IMG/VR virus record: IMGVR_UViG_3300027969_000380
Coordinates: 1 to 26,335 of that record
Strand: one strand, 5' to 3'
Source: a virus
Taxonomy: Duplodnaviria > Caudoviricetes
DNA length: 26,335 nt
The notes under the pieces are model-generated. The model was not told the origin of the DNA and ran no database searches. It saw nothing but the letters and a program-made list of their open reading frames with translations. Of this stretch, positions 25,302-26,335 are shown piece by piece (the stretch's first letter is position 1; each line of letters starts with the position of its first letter). The position numbers were made by a program, and so were the translations under genes.

Positions 25302-25370
25302 GTTAATGTCTTATATATTGGTCATTAAGTGCCAAAAATGGCGTTAATGTATTATATATTGGTCATTAAG
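25302..25370. repeat. Two 28-bp direct repeats with internal dyad symmetry
   Basis: GTTAATGT[C/A]TTATATATTGGTCATTAAG at 25302-25329 and 25343-25370 (one mismatch, 41-nt period); each contains TTAATG-N14-CATTAA. Confidence 0.9.
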
Positions 25371-25679
25371 GTCACTTTTGTATATAATAAAATGCATTGT
25401 AAAAAAAAATATTGTAAAAAATTTTTATGAGATGTTGAGAATTTGGGGGTTACTACCCTATTTCTAATTTCGTTGTTGAAAAGGAAAACGCATTTCAATT
25501 TGCCGGGTCCCCCAAGTTTTAGAGTTTTCGGGTTTGTATGTGAGTCGGATCGTACGACTTGCGGAAATGGATTTAGCTTTTACCTTTCGTGTGTATAGCA
25601 TCCCTCACGGAGTTACTCTTTTTTTAAGAAGATAATATATATGTAAGCAATTAAGCTTATAATTAAATAAATATAAACT

Positions 25680-25946
25680 ATGCCAAACACAGCAGCAGTT
25701 GCAGCAGCAACACCAACAGTAGCTTTAACTACTAAAAGATTCGTGATCCGTAAGTCCTTGATCGGCACTAACACAGTGATCTCATTCATCAACACCAAGC
25801 AAGTATTGTGTACTTACAATCACGACAAGGTATACAATCAACTCAAAGCTAAGTTCGATCTTATGCCTTGCTTTGCTAAGTATGGTTCTTACACCAACAC
25901 TAATAATCTGCCAGCATTCGTGCGAGCATTGCCTGAATTAGTATAA
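25680..25946 (+). CDS. Hypothetical protein, probable early gene
   Basis: 88 aa with A-rich leader; first gene on the opposite strand; codon use richer in C-ending codons. Confidence 0.75.
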   Translation: MPNTAAVAAATPTVALTTKRFVIRKSLIGTNTVISFINTKQVLCTYNHDKVYNQLKAKFDLMPCFAKYGSYTNTNNLPAFVRALPELV

Positions 25947-25951
25947 TCAAT

Positions 25952-25979
25952 CGACCTAAGCAAGTCGTTAAACTGCTTA
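25952..25979 (+). ncRNA. Compact H-type pseudoknot-like element
   Basis: CGAC-C-TAAGCA-A-GTCG-TTAAAC-TGCTTA: stem 1 CGAC/GTCG, stem 2 TAAGCA/TGCTTA. Confidence 0.5.
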
Positions 25980-26010
25980 TCTTATAACTCTAACACTAAA
26001 TCCTATCATT

Positions 26011-26184
26011 ATGAAATCATATCAAATAGTAATATTAAGATCATCTCAATTAGTTCAATTATCTTTATTCGTTTTTACCATGTCTCTTATAGTGTTTCAA
26101 TTCGTGATGATCGCAGCGGCGATATTCGAGGTAGATCTTGGGATACATTTTGCGGATAACTTAACTTTCGGTATTTACGGATAA
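26011..26184 (+). CDS. Small membrane protein (57 aa)
   Basis: MKSYQIVILRSSQLVQLSLFVFTMSLIVFQFVMIAAAIFEVDLGIHFADNLTFGIYG*; one long TM segment. Confidence 0.65.
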   Translation: MKSYQIVILRSSQLVQLSLFVFTMSLIVFQFVMIAAAIFEVDLGIHFADNLTFGIYG

Positions 26185-26199
26185 CATAACACTAATCAC

Positions 26200-26295
26200 A
26201 TGAGATACATATCATACTTCTTCGGATCGATCAAACCACAGATCACAATAATGTGTTACATCGCAGCTTATTTTGTGATACGATCACTAATCTAA
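26200..26295 (+). CDS. Small hydrophobic peptide (31 aa)
   Basis: MRYISYFFGSIKPQITIMCYIAAYFVIRSLI*; shares leader motif TAACACTAA with the previous gene and ends just before the terminator. Confidence 0.55.
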   Translation: MRYISYFFGSIKPQITIMCYIAAYFVIRSLI

Positions 26296-26297
26296 TC

Positions 26298-26320
26298 AAG
26301 GACCTTCGGGTCCTTTTTTT
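26298..26320 (+). terminator. Intrinsic terminator
   Basis: AAGGACC-TTCG-GGTCCTT followed by a T-run; cUUCGg tetraloop. Confidence 0.9.
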
Positions 26321-26335
26321 AGTATCGTTGTGTAT

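Noticed and set aside
25302-25370. Possible mini-CRISPR or dif site
   Set aside because: Only two repeats with a 13-nt spacer, no cas genes, and no XerC/XerD arm consensus.
25613-25798. Minus-strand 61-aa ORF
   Set aside because: Antisense to the better supported 25680..25946 gene and its leader.

Overview
AT-rich segment of a tailed dsDNA phage genome. The host is probably in Bacteroidota/Flavobacteriia, inferred from A-rich leaders without Shine-Dalgarno sequences and from the protein families; the terminase, portal and capsid resemble those of distant crAss-like relatives. Bases 1-25257 form one dense minus-strand late region. In transcription order it holds an initiator tRNA-Met, an ADP-ribosyltransferase, small basic proteins, two tail fibres, a lysis cassette (two holin-like proteins, a DUF5675-like candidate endolysin, a unimolecular spanin), groEL-groES-wHTH, a block of small probable virion cargo proteins with an HExxH peptidase, a head-spike base/fibre pair, a Dps-like protein, a tandem GroES-like protein, terS, terL, portal, scaffold and a major capsid gene truncated by the window edge. 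After a non-coding stretch with repeats (about 25260-25680), three small plus-strand genes, probably early genes, end in a UUCG terminator. The best candidate for an undescribed system is a set of otherwise unrelated proteins, including the ART effector, that share a short M-[AT]-F-x-x-[KRT] and/or [STA]-P-[LFI]-x-Q tag, possibly a capsid-loading or cleavage signal. Also notable are a TonB-box-like motif on the ART, a GTAAT-N8-TATAT promoter motif, a dense GATC cluster in the early genes and a compact pseudoknot. All family calls come from motif recognition by eye; no searches were run.
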